This document shows positions 27,001 to 29,041 of a stretch of 39,986 bases of DNA, piece by piece. The stretch is from Clostridia bacterium (GTDB taxonomy: Bacteria > Bacillota > Clostridia > Christensenellales > UBA1242): the NCBI GenBank assembly GCA_045588795.1, contig JAZNEY010000024.1:1-39986 (forward strand). Reading direction: 5' to 3'. The number at the start of each line of letters is the position of its first letter. The first letter of the stretch is position 1. The notes beneath the pieces are model-generated. The model saw only the letters and a list, made by a program, of their open reading frames with translations, was not told the origin of the DNA and did no database searches. A program made the translations under genes and the position numbers.

Positions 27001-28351
27001 TCCAGAAAACAAATTTGAACTTCAAGATTGGGTTGCCGCATATATTCACATATCTGGAAATCAAGGACCTCCTGATGATTGGCCAGTAAGTTATATAAGA
27101 GGTTTCCAACATAGCGTACCTCTCAGCGGAGACCTTAACGCTGACCTATACCAAACAATAATGACAACATATATTGCAAATGTTTACGAACTGTCTCAAA
27201 TGGAATGGTGGGCAAATTACAACGACCTTATAATAACCAACATTGATCTAAAAGAGCAAATCTCTCTTGGTTCAATTGATAAGATACGAACTGAAACAAA
27301 GAAAGGTTTCCTTGGAATTGGAAATGAGAGCAGACTAATGGCAAATGCAAATACACAAGCCGGTGGCAATATTTATAGCACAACACATAAATTAACTACT
27401 AATGAATCAAAAATAATTTCTCAACACACTGGAAAATATTATGTACATCCAGCATCAAGTGGATATGCATATGATACAGGTGTTGCAGGTTCAGGCACAA
27501 AATTATTAACTTCAAACGAAGTACTAAATGCAGTTTGTGCAATGTACGGACAAGATGTAACAAACATTGATGCCGTTGCATCAGCAAAAACTTCACTATT
27601 AGACAGATTCTTCCAAAGTTATCTTGCAAACAGTAGTTCAAAAGGTGTTAACTATGACACAGAATTGAATCTCACAGGAAATTCCGCAACAACGATTGAA
27701 GAACTTTCCAATAAACGAACAACTTGGATTTCAATGAATTCAGGATATTCGTTGCGGCTAGAATCGCACATAATACTAAACAATCAAGGCACCGGAGAAC
27801 ACAAAATCAGTTTCACCAGTGACAGTGAAAGACTTCGAAACACAATTGTCATAGGCTCAGCTAATAATTTTGACAACCTAGAAAATGGTACAGAAAATGC
27901 TACCAATTTGAAAAACGGAAGAATATACATCCGCTCTCTTGGACCAATTTATAATGATCAGATTTTAGTAGACCCAGAGACAATTAAGGAAATGAAAACA
28001 ATCGAAATCATAGCTATTGTAATCACAATAATAATTGTTGTAACAATCATTATTGCGACACAAGGCTCAGGATTTAAAGAGGCAATTAGTTCTGCATCGG
28101 CAGTCTTAAAAGCCGGAATGAAATTAACAATCTCCATACTGAAAGGCATTTTAAAACTCATATTTGGATCTACATTAAACATTGTCTTAAAAGCTCTTGC
28201 CACGGTTGCAATTGTCTCAGTTGTAACTGGATTAACGAATACCGCAACGGGACTGCTACTTTCATATAAAACAACAAGTATCTTAGAACTTGGCTCACCA
28301 GATAAAGCAACATTCGGAAGAATGACAAAATTTGAAAGTTTTGTACGCTAA
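2..28351 (+). CDS. giant (>=9,449 aa, 5'-partial) Tyr/Asn/Thr/Asp-rich putative cell-surface protein with InlB B-repeat (Flg_new)-like modules, helical inserts and a C-terminal transmembrane anchor
   Basis: No stop codon in this frame from nt 2 to the TAA at 28349-28351. The 40 codons before the ORF-track GTG (122) read DGDGHAEPVYFNPADGKFYAKRTVDKSYIYEADTKAFTEV, the same composition as the rest. AGAGG ends only 2 nt before that GTG, so it is not a credible start and the true start lies upstream of the window. Across the same 28 kb the other five frames never exceed 117 codons. The sense strand is A-rich. Product features were read from the translation. Confidence 0.93.
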   Translation, partial: DGDGHAEPVYFNPADGKFYAKRTVDKSYIYEADTKAFTEVVEIGGEYYLANEKDYYSYIGKETVYLYKNELYTNSASKIQAFIDNNLVLTASAIYNFALYNGVYFRESRTENDTFGLTIADKWNPEISLVQKIDPSTGEPQVDDNGDPVYEEQITYEDINIEALFMLFDQDGNIRGDIAYWFDEKGALAEKVTVLIARDIATEEKYRIITSEADIKKDSEGNPLETVQSVEIELAGLVFDPTYHGTKNVFTDDKHTVIISKLAQYFESDKLADWNETEFTGDEKDYINLYEKSDSELYEVKANFHANELLDMPTSINYLVADVIITTYDNLKYNLDNVASPGEYDICLRYIYDAEIQRYEYLGALGIETAMFYEVDGRYYRITDEIGEEHFYDLIVERTYVTDIKDALGENYRLIEREAVQYVFDTTPLDPVTSSEFYHLYTGKIAQYIYTEKYNGAVVLGQNLKNEYIYSLEIEGLKLTSTGFTEVPTPIYYAYEELDLTGANVIIRTNYDYANAKKLSFDETKTILPYFTADDQSTNYDASNTTEKVVYDSEGNARGVEGLTKVYTFTNPINLQKIVVSKGSGNVTLEKVVTYNNVNLLTSSNMISDVEIEIAYYYASGYKKSGIDIYNYLSTDGDFYFYIVDETLGGVYIKSSGKMSNVSGTDIYAYDYLSLVETSYLDESTNRVYYAKVFVEKDGKYLTTTTAITANFGKLYYGFADDGVERLALTTDTKTRTYSSSGYIRTAHASNSGQQVDLLGKSIMTSTTPIIYPSFLAVASVTNQSSTDKGFIYDKSTYYQIDYSSKEITKYGLPGVKVLDGAPYPNTVISFSVRHKIHDQSVVYLALEIEKVFSVELANYVQMKDGTNISLEHQTYAFKDTETNIDLNNYPDEVIAITNKLTSESLYSSDKYNLASSSFAKPNYLPNTGEVILSSRDVATIMTYEYVDYENNQLKSDYTDINYISDYLFYDTPMVLIGDSSQKMGAIGTGAKVYAKRTNAHDYSITVDSATYYYEADDTASIFYLHYATPFSSIPTNANPYDYTKVLAYDENGQQSATYYFEKVKITNSAGDIIYKNGNTSAPYYLYTNDITSNFMPYAFDETWSNNTSDPYSVRERMLALKNGNDKIVDRLIASHFRYNVIDGCWYEVVYDIYKNATLRNDYNYWTSDYNKIENAGTIDMHTYILQADGSLVLTSECTIDQICNDLYYEDNAVTEYGELIISGTTSAYRTTISSVSDKAKSYQGYYRALPYNIKNAYLADSSYFMIGVEEVILVTNPTITITDGLNSVIYRFKEWQAFTRYNSEVMYKNSEVTFENANNATFKFTSDLAKYYVFFPVYERVYSVTLESRVIDGESNQGGTITTYYKDGKRVEGDNQKIENSSSDIHFIEYSSTGKTESADGKTNLTYTYEEMDIDNYIFTTEYQAFEVVIDENTDQTVALPLYVSTTEGALNGRGYMSGKVHSSAYAGPLFAGIAGGTSYVYKYVYNNVTKQYSLQKVTDASTISSTLYDKIYSNNTYVKSTVDADTTVPYMIEQAIGASDLKVGYTDLEYGEEVTIFNIPGVNYGVTKAGTNNDYQYYLYSLSEIGASKELLPINYSNGRYFFVLDKDGNYLSVDTIVNDFIERNPESYSKLAILYDISQYSSDGKIDEKYLTYYDKTMRQPTFTSTAQLFSFALTLYREGYEGIRDILAPMFKDLESADGPEYFVYYMNPVNYLFESGYSNAQITHSSAKLNRTTSANIVRLNLDSKDEEFIQQLYTTKKISMSTNTSLMSAIKTGIYFDVYSVDDNAPNLYITHTSTGRRHTYTKVNAIDLKGGSAILFYSASANRYVINAGTEVTGLELAGNLLKARTINGETYYFYITTTSTSLTLTKQADGDNFAREIVQKANYVGIEGNDSKSGEWYVSADTYYSGMDNVSLNQNFDRHTIIQLQAVADDGYRFEGWYFAQYNEATDEFVITERVGGTNDGYAYLDEIKHLELVGENYVTVEGVEGFGLSGESQYLKDANGRVETLPEALENLYAGKFITYAVVNGTRKNVTYDSAKLQYLDDRGNVIKASAPSDDTDEIKIYSRQVFEGNDGNYYYDYNLTFQVPTELIKFIDDNEYTLFSQTQFELESNATNLVYKYEETNGNKYYYQDMNGTDNDPFMVNSKGEYVSMLNTSGDALNYNSYVGTVTSNNIVSSLTSALRLEGSIDLTIQNQSDNFTIKKAGEPIAKLGIGTKLNPISFGENPNAKGLLYSGGKLYPAVQINYTYKDTGYLAMRFVVTVSVSPSGDINFAITTNYFNNEETGTSLTISNENELETLLTLINTKGEAKYLEEFSGMTVQSNINALSARGGENPGGNNYVYDFHYSVSKAQISASGSSYNYIVSYYHEMLNPFGTLTSKVSVFENVTGLTTFTVYESTPISLEYKYARTPSNMMDATGMGAFSSLMKPYGAFYTFTTGGFDLKELGIKQLDSTGNESTTSLTTLYYRLADDTFYYLDYAVDVTTGSTTLKLTALNMGEEFTTEQAQNGEAIFNLKATVNKLSEDDAGERVYLHEGRLYRTREDGAYTVKGDTLTINQLRENVYIVARFIENYYTLVFADQNENSTIHVEDMYYFDYESNNNATILNADGVKIQSANSVETVKFGNISMEYSIKGEMIPKTANQKLPDEDGALYEYYVAYYKNGQDGKDAGEQPEQVTVYSLENKYTNPNFDPYSAKFYTLYRGRMYEIKAGESGKRDIANYDFGSYIFEQKFATDQIKTLSSAIIDYEGTDYYAFTITYLTEDEFQNLSQGKGAKTKTATIYSSESSLGIQYADNNGVRVGYLVDGNGEMLTSGLGVMSGSAGDEFKTSIECPVLEGGYYTLPLPSGNEIAYIRSIEKTGGDYNTADYSYLSALTQKLSLKTDKDGNVVDVINPKDMTISISDGTEAKVGGSKLSVNFVNQGIYIDTNTTLVIIVSCDAKSKISASYTTNPFYELTPLFYPSEEFVSRNAQNYNTEDKYYEKLYYAYLVTFNRSLENEYSEYMTQQSRGESIMFDTTELESDTFKNLYQLNDKEQFLSDFGTNVLEEDTRTAEILGIEDNIYTFYNYSQYTEKTLVRGYSYYSQATRSFYEEVYEGETFKGYYAYILGDNYDSESIVHGFNASEYNANLLNHEINPYYTIAGRPIYMCIGNSDGSPAGGLEQLERILQRDYGFTFVKDSYTLMEVSTDIYAMHKKPTPSSIKVTESTLNEYSIIAQQFLYFMDTTMSDISIASIRAELDVYGGDGDRYYEKYLSRELALNGENSTDKTVYTGVNGVLSKLYNEYLTRRNSYETNGDKTVLESYILNVVNNLISLTHGGSYSDAKEAVKFLFASYYDEVSASYTGEGLFYHYIDNEKMPEGSTNLLNVAPYLLSLQTATADDEKEIFLSACDILFDFTIYRIVELAHTYFGNARLVINEDWKAEIESEEDYLQLYELDTMSIFYNDGATGSKTEITFNALLGYAQSYLKEAKYGYEKFTQIAKDLGLTAEELSASMTRNPASFKILYNQMTENLKRLYFRNKYQNNNWDTTHALDLMRNYLQCYNDYNELIGKLQYISEKNFSQSGALNILRFSSIVVYALDLQASILNYNEGKADDDSTPENEYVEGFYETLSPYEFVEDDGDPSTIEAESENFIKLYEFFAGVGRDDITVLDTDADVEAKDLQRWYKDYGDDLTSFYAGTGLHEESLEAKAYIEYLRIYNKFKDNIEDLSYYYTLDENKLYAPTGQYKTMTIAIDTLMTVKARALDGVGAKNNEFTAIQDEDYTTVKLADGNIYNIRFAGWYYSNQANTSISSDFENMTLLTTDYQSGLIAMQNNTTMIAVYRTFEYWSFTYNPSEVRVRINQTHDSFGNPLTYSTDSVTGNITISGYFDTGTNIDATVTPLAGKAFTSIENNYHKVKAFNEAGDEVELDSLDAVRYEYASSTDPLNAMLVGTTIETNTKSEINNAIATRTLRMMVSSKTWEFDPSTLEASAKDINSFVLKAEEAKLVVFKIYGSISADKDGNYVDVFNYTINWWKNSDPTNMNLITVDKTGASNFDPELYIEELFDQEGNVIGSRYLGVDEFMQPIQIAYATETSPLHYYIFGYFKEDTTVSISTSSDKGTEFLDAWYVDGEEEKTAQDENGNTIIKVTTDDLAHLAVGYYDKQRVDLQVNTVIMNGTYDGSEGKTPFEFGTEIPAYKTLLDDLLDGIMEDSNGIALNYGKDGARYVNGQKADDVGNTLMLKYYGFDSTVKDNYVPNASGYPTYQYNSLSEFTIVTPEYVYTDMYTYKFVGWYSVSSGKSTLVATTNVVDTLKVDGKLRLDAVYEILPKVDLVTDTANSNLSVETGNPAGIYDFLYGRIPVGAESTIRGNAQTGRQLKEVIFHYTNAKGEQTLVLDMNTLTRENWVRLFPIYKDGKITTQITWQETEDNGRSTYETTTNLENLTKIEITTVQNANVNLAFSVYQTEFYDKLLATNTIDMSNLPYMKNDASDEDSYLLSKRDKFEMFAEYQKFYVEDLTKDEKTGIYRFNKNLANQGFTISAPMVTFEGKTTRFIGWYVDGKLVSTDVSYFAYYSNETNKFPQTKVNAGEDILIEARFSVSPTASILQDEGEENSGFTVLQIIDGDPAVLLQPFASSEELTSVLLANFGKYQPEVYTTFNGVKVNTPSGFYNLVGLDGDSEKLYATSEGELRPTAFYVYDEVLGMLTELEVKRDRTRRYTVIPFADFAGKTVVVNYSTASMDDLGVNFTVMQTYNGTLTRTSSAGNITATISLMTNSPSGMNVSATNNILQADLVDGKLEMCSTTFPYAEFSTGEASEVTLELDKLQANFAGWYVNGEFIGNAQTVKFNPDNGDIIEARYYSQTRVFAFEAITTSYVNGKFVTMRESTNLVALVTNGNTASSTIDNATVSGAGVPTSPYYIYSSRNGLIDRVEALGSTQIRLYAKSELSGGAFVLRGFYYETASGQQVQIKSTLETGSSYVGEINFKSSDIPEGVTKIYAHYGASTKLTVEVNTDGITGILPDGIVGISHGLGLTTDAVQKEYEFTVKLTDSYGYVITGIGYNSDGDDKGITPVTAYTSEGVTTYSGKIEILGENNLVTIYAKNQMKKDVSVYTACFDTVLTNPVKTQIVGVTTLTADATMAYSYTVGDQSYTKTLKFVGWYLLEQSTGKTSLLAYDKTLSLNAQDENIDKYVIVKKYDADGNNNLIPTSNVLSVSVAGEKVSAEDISGVSGDTFENLGITLETIENTCILDAHSFVSSEIGKDYSFVGWYKNGVLLGRSSSLQYEISKGTSQNVEARFTQGLVEIIPEVYSKNNETGEYEVHPEEITYTILTTSTLSVNKRAGAGQDVLVSIKLPKGYKINIEKTQEMMETLETKIDFLVCGNDQDAGSASILVPRLAIEALITEGFSEYTLPIYLSDKLPEEHEQIVQTFGGPAGDVAYEIKREYDIDGVKDLVIHITSYNTEVTVVNNPTVTLDSHAFTLNTYYFFYNPFVYNTNDGSALINDNKYTNGYSALTGDGTIAVPAGTVFYYYSLSARPNNSTFSSHYLADVETNNVFTLTTAPVNTRILTNPAKINTTYLVRSDDTSLPTYDFDEYAHIYSHIKDITKSGEISYYTTELPPIDEVVGLSPFTDANLYMMTDSGYNIISDKVYRALPGGVTYFQKGSERQTFYVKTLGDYVIREVKFIDIESGKTIVGKPGEFYYEDEEDLDKEERTAVTEIIADNESKTYQTYEIESTENHYIVEIILKEVFSIELQIKVNGEWLTTEVNDEVGLVDTENSVIKFTDTNNIAFVDESEFYKFTVDDKNQIYFLKDDFETTQYILEEYAKNWIDPLNNVSGYTLNNITLITRGKVQDTVFNYDGDSSMSFADMLDESRIPVLTSRDGTIGIKENTIIVLNFASPFELPTMKLDAKIEKGLAGTKLNNALENALERDGDIDYEVKNIGYAEASITLKANSSVTDENGNIFYFKGWYLGQNVYDEVLDKTIYQETLISTSSYTTTQVAPSVNSQYIAYYTPEMKQVMIDLSGVTELGGKEVTINVGGVYCKVDDLLNTGTKLTVKPSIITSSLSTIGGIKVTSGYDQATGQIGFEEAQPAIILLEIPLMLIDTLTHFTVSFGISSYQIESERIGINGDVAKVSLDNKTTILSPENITSESVDLEISSQVQKYSTSYRVNNVGSNAYEGFVRTGHQFIPYYFVEAVVAGTTEQIQNNEIKFSLETTKDRMPEDPLNRTNYQTGEVTDERTSVILQRVVTYGEIAFLKVEYAGEIEYYGIYEITGLSSAYNRLHEVNLVNRLESKYIEFGSIGEAITYENVTYSAIGKVMIADVGEHTDSDDLYYNAFYNATTKKLIVLIDGHYYLFRFNNDPTVNNYVIEEITADVTEGTLLEYYLDSYTVDLSINAETSLGGAETVSISFERNISATGKASIVIGNGMQTLASATISIRSDIDNLELKTISDYTVRQTVKDVLKKIWDIQTVSFGGQDTMRLNYNALLEEINALPNVVDGAVSSILYGDTYYRRTAKAIKPGTRNLLDSLVSSTPGQIATFIASVQGSLEDGNVYVIACYDSDEDSNDPLNYPTLTVIPELQGYWFIYTHSEKANGTSGFGIDYSDEDYKYFAYDFFSIEESKGVNEYLFTDYFAERLKTDGNYLEAWDNTNWTSVSKDLHRTTTYKEYSKLINRNVVYFADFVNLFPDINIKTLVFGWSNDMANTEIQTDLKKDFVATLTTTPMAGYTDTTIQFVSFGFFRDGATVTLKLTELSATEVEEVTDFTHGATNITNAIITNKRPGFEEFKEETALPITETKTHSPNGAVELNAYEYNTDDIVLRDDMVSIINVSAEILVKFDINAYAINRFATSIDLSKLAIKGESNYFKYLDLLAEMADKGLLDEYEKGYGTPRETDEIILDEITDEQRALFVKGEGSYLEIEQKALEIYQGYVNGIYKTYSGGSVTTVSESFTRSDAVKLLKELAEEEEIKYDITLDIIENKLKFMQSLITKYALDLESVNNFGYAVLESTVTESGEKAIYSTVSPDVKVSQAGYAENQSTVTITVNELTGYKFLGVLVRNESLYNSPLEITTQTNNNKNDQTFKARNEVFFAVDNAQEYRTGIIRANWTKAGSGVYNLLLTVCGAVTSSYSIIALYEDILFPVDLDIYKYNDERYSIAENKTEEGTIITEYEIKDGEEIKTYAIGDTLESTELYGYNKVSKEYFAIYKNSDDNIFYKDVKYTDKYDGDIYILGESPKYIKVNYNPYTDEDSFEGYVQGSLLVGKSTPLYLTAITYPYGQFSGWLFTNSVSEEEIKESQKQIEAEINGGTYYEYIVDMSKSYAHSLTELFESRYDDEYRFDSRHLASDLSNTLFTPNKIFYNGKTYYEYRYRVIDDTNKVNLEHTKLVEDYLEFKLNIADGIFYSTSSYSGIEYFISEISPDMYTNTEIEVLFIRNTGEKEVITLNACATENGDRENFIVEALFGEFSYGGIKGNMSDNVMYSFNDDMYSIGNIIFSRTSAEEKNANTEFFVYVNGKLVNIFDALNGYYFATGGTKWKDFVNSLIPRKAEMTYGEKVSNGPIYTFASDNFHSVTAVGSGIVSTLNGSAYLPESEDIKIYEDVKTYNAYTELDTDPPTTVIDFSGVQDAYSFDENPDSSNQGHFIKGEKTNYNVMSTNLSYRASIIAYFTTAYYTMYINVGEVEQIYDSNGAKDGNGNPTGGEKTYYSSFKGDIIEVDQITGDKYNSGADKGYFKTNPQGGVQLYTLDNTGNIVQDKTTSNIENYIYDLTGSVIGNTTTIYTVTTTENSGYKKNTNPTATAYISNSQEGLKSSNIVDIYGDSSKLTPLEQMQKGFSHFLNYDYILFSTAKQGNTVTTGELSSSYVFTKLKNTYIWDYSGQGVGYSKSSPFCVSDSSNNTKLESNLIFTMLFKTNDPKTMFNDNNYIIVAFNSMEAITQYTLSNSVSDISQYVTGEGNNAKVNEEKIQINTSNKGLVDIVPIVTTSGDFTKLTANNITGGIKNKQSSLAIRVKVKAMSGKGYPSIQIILNGSTKQEINEDIEGMSRHNHYNAYYQTDGENVEVKNYTYGNYKAFNNEIRTENGMVKSNAYNVIVECAFQINCVALEIGMNYNAETDGDTGYLTSPSDENENNEYLKNIETNELISLLIETGSDPTRKEEYDNLCVTLTSLFSNYSIYKFKGANTILEQLNEFTEILEIAYKEGSNNSITEIFDLPTDKNGNSELYFDTNDVDDALKQIDALVKEGAIVLNNQELLFRQVAKLMVEDITNAYLKREGKSGAPATVSTAANKLLSAFETYIKSGTLKMTELFDKTSSLPILGNNTVSKNDNIHLFISGSRFIIYNSKEAKTSSTDIKEDMIVQEVKIYNTNGKLTDNMYMLMNDFISYCSNDIAEVPDYNYVDTNINSTSLLTYYYMASVITLYEEATNVEEKDKSKIDFNEDIPKYIDHYTGLLSVQDFLENFGTYYNTVIYDLLQTYTVAKTYNTEEYWQEYKRIAISAYLAYGLVFDDYTFTSGTIVFFDHLKLENVTSIDLNNWSYEKLKSIQNFSVLNELLNQVTSQFDNITYRDTFDTPIAIDFSVIDLIKSTVDYAQSIPVMQLSVNQVETMTLRYYLPNIINFLNDSVDGDWSSDFRTTVAKYKGNEDDLLAYWQRGLEQLIRNVKSYTATTYVWSDENSNYSIAPDDIYYSGISLVDYFQALDIVKYNDDEWCTECSEYVGDYGHMCYCNNEDYTNIEIDGLQNKNGSNKKDRFYFTNDGSDGEHKGETYNYLAYALFLNLNEAGGYDSNTGSDSTRHSLKSFMEINYYTYLNCTPTSEVTQYVEYVKANQSFGLVSGSLNNSRDLYRAVILTAVRKGYHASTSDGTPTTTSKYDPIESEMEEINPNHLFGRNENDKNYEPLRAYIGDYDAKTGEADGNGTLYKHLLLSETPTREVTMNVNGAVQNQPFLYYLMNGFNAQLYQLQLANQYQVLALESAEELERNYAYDYGIYQIRTTYDKGYGNELLTPENKFELQDWVAAYIHISGNQGPPDDWPVSYIRGFQHSVPLSGDLNADLYQTIMTTYIANVYELSQMEWWANYNDLIITNIDLKEQISLGSIDKIRTETKKGFLGIGNESRLMANANTQAGGNIYSTTHKLTTNESKIISQHTGKYYVHPASSGYAYDTGVAGSGTKLLTSNEVLNAVCAMYGQDVTNIDAVASAKTSLLDRFFQSYLANSSSKGVNYDTELNLTGNSATTIEELSNKRTTWISMNSGYSLRLESHIILNNQGTGEHKISFTSDSERLRNTIVIGSANNFDNLENGTENATNLKNGRIYIRSLGPIYNDQILVDPETIKEMKTIEIIAIVITIIIVVTIIIATQGSGFKEAISSASAVLKAGMKLTISILKGILKLIFGSTLNIVLKALATVAIVSVVTGLTNTATGLLLSYKTTSILELGSPDKATFGRMTKFESFVR
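11357..17893 (+). repeat. cluster of divergent InlB B-repeat / Listeria-Bacteroides repeat (Flg_new)-like modules inside the giant CDS (protein-level repeats, not DNA repeats)
   Basis: Motif codons read directly: RFAGWY 11357-11374, FLDAWY 12338-12355, KFVGWY 12833-12850, RFIGWY 13625-13642, NFAGWY 14453-14470, KFVGWY 15437-15454, YSFVGWY 15761-15781, FYFKGWY 17873-17893. Most are followed about 25-45 aa later by an h-x-A-x-[FY] strand (MIAVY, LDAVY, IEARF, IEARY, VEARF, YIAYY). Outliers: YRFKEWQ 3872-3892, RFEGWY 5822-5839 (preceded by LQAVADDGY), QFSGWLF 21830-21850. Degenerate GFY/GIGY variants lie between them, e.g. VLRGFYYE...IYAHY at about 14.83-14.98 kb. Confidence 0.7.
28001..28266 (+). 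other. C-terminal membrane-anchor region of the giant protein (TM helix plus Lys-rich amphipathic/hydrophobic tail)
   Basis: Codons 28001-28060 encode IEIIAIVITIIIVVTIIIAT, 20 uncharged mostly beta-branched residues. They are followed by FKEAISSASAVLKAGMKLTISILKGILKLIFGSTLNIVLKALATVAIVSVVTGLTNTATGLLLSY, which is Lys-periodic and then contains a second hydrophobic stretch. No LPXTG-like motif precedes it. Confidence 0.75.
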
Positions 28352-28361
28352 AAAAACTAAT

Positions 28362-28397
28362 CCCCCTCCCCCCTTGGGGGGAGCCCCCAAAAGGGGG
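28362..28397 (+). terminator. tandem GC-rich hairpins 11 nt after the giant-gene stop (non-canonical terminator or 3'-end stabiliser)
   Basis: CTCCCCCC (28366-28373) / GGGGGGAG (28376-28383) is a perfect 8-nt inverted repeat, immediately followed by CCCCC (28384-28388) AAAA GGGGG (28393-28397). No U-tract follows on the + strand (GAACAAAACTAAAAC). On the minus strand a T-run lies about 10 nt past the hairpins. Confidence 0.55.
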
Positions 28398-28828
28398 AAC
28401 AAAACTAAAACAAAATAAAAGATAAACAATCAAAAATTAAAAAATCATATTCTAAATTAAACATCAATAATTTGTGGCTTTTTAAGGAAAAGCCAGCAAA
28501 AAAATCAGCCATAACTTCTATGGCTAAACAAACATAAGGTCATAAAGTTTAACTATTAATTTTATGACACAAATCAATAAAAAACTTTTACTTTTATCAC
28601 TTCGGCGACAACAAACAACTATCATAAAACAACCCTTTAAAAATGAAAATCGCGAGTCATTTTTAACCGGTCTTAAAGGATACTAGTTTCTCGGCGACCA
28701 AATATCCACCAAGATAGGACACAGCGATTAAAGTGCAAATTTCGAGCCAATTTTAATTGTGGTGAATTAAAAGGCTCCAAAAATAAATGCATTTAAAAAA
28801 CTTTTAGCTTCAAAGTTGATTGAAAAAA

Positions 28829-28913
28829 TAGCAGATAAAAGCGAGGGAAAGTTTCGCTAAAAAGTTTTGTTTTAAAAACAACTTCCCTTTCCCATTCGCT
28901 TTTGCTATCTGCT
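28829..28913. repeat. long imperfect inverted repeat (about 24 paired positions in three blocks) in the spacer downstream of the giant gene
   Basis: The left arm TAGCAGATA-AAAGCGA-GGGAAAG (from 28829) pairs with the reverse complement of CTTTCCC-AT-TCGCTTTT-GC-TATCTGCTA (to 28913). The paired blocks are 9, 8 and 7 bp, separated by short bulges. A-runs flank it on the + strand, so the U-tract follows only in minus orientation. Confidence 0.5.
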
Positions 28914-28940
28914 AAAAAACAAAACACTAAATTTTTAAAA

Positions 28941-28969
28941 TATTTGAAAAATTTAAAACTTTTCAAATA
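28941..28969. promoter_or_regulatory. perfect 10-bp inverted repeat, candidate operator upstream of the 610-aa gene promoter
   Basis: TATTTGAAAA (28941-28950) and TTTTCAAATA (28960-28969) are exact reverse complements separated by 9 nt. The repeat lies about 45 bp upstream of the putative -35. It is AT-only, so a chance palindrome is possible. Confidence 0.3.
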
Positions 28970-29012
28970 ATGTTTTTGTGTATCAAAAATTTTTATGAAG
29001 TCATCAAATTAG

Positions 29013-29041
29013 TTGTGTAAAGTGTCAAAATATTTTATAAT
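29013..29041 (+). promoter_or_regulatory. putative sigma-A type promoter of the 610-aa gene
   Basis: TTGTGT (29013-29018), 17-nt spacer, TATAAT (29036-29041). The -10 ends 29 nt upstream of the ATG at 29071. Confidence 0.5.

Noticed and set aside
27900-28351. Sortase (LPXTG) or other wall-anchoring signal at the giant protein C-terminus
   Set aside because: I read the last roughly 150 residues and found no LPXTG/NPXTG-like motif before the hydrophobic segment. A membrane anchor is the simpler reading.
28362-28397. G-quadruplex/i-motif or phase-variable homopolymer at the G/C runs
   Set aside because: There are only two G-runs on the + strand and three on the other, whereas four are needed for an intramolecular G4. 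The runs are non-coding and perfectly self-complementary, so hairpins explain them better.
1017-28433. About 35 short ORFs (60-117 aa) nested in other frames or antisense within the giant gene
   Set aside because: All are embedded in the 28-kb frame and none has a visible RBS. Their products are low-complexity: basic Q/K/T/H-rich on the + strand because the sense strand is A-rich, and Leu/Ser/Phe/Ile-rich on the antisense strand. They look like frame shadows.
27958-28433. Two antisense ORFs (81 and 87 aa) over the 3' end of the giant gene and the GC hairpins, one of them hydrophobic
   Set aside because: The hydrophobicity is the complement shadow of the TM-anchor codons. The second ORF translates the poly-G/C hairpins (PPFGGSPQGG). 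Neither has an RBS or promoter.
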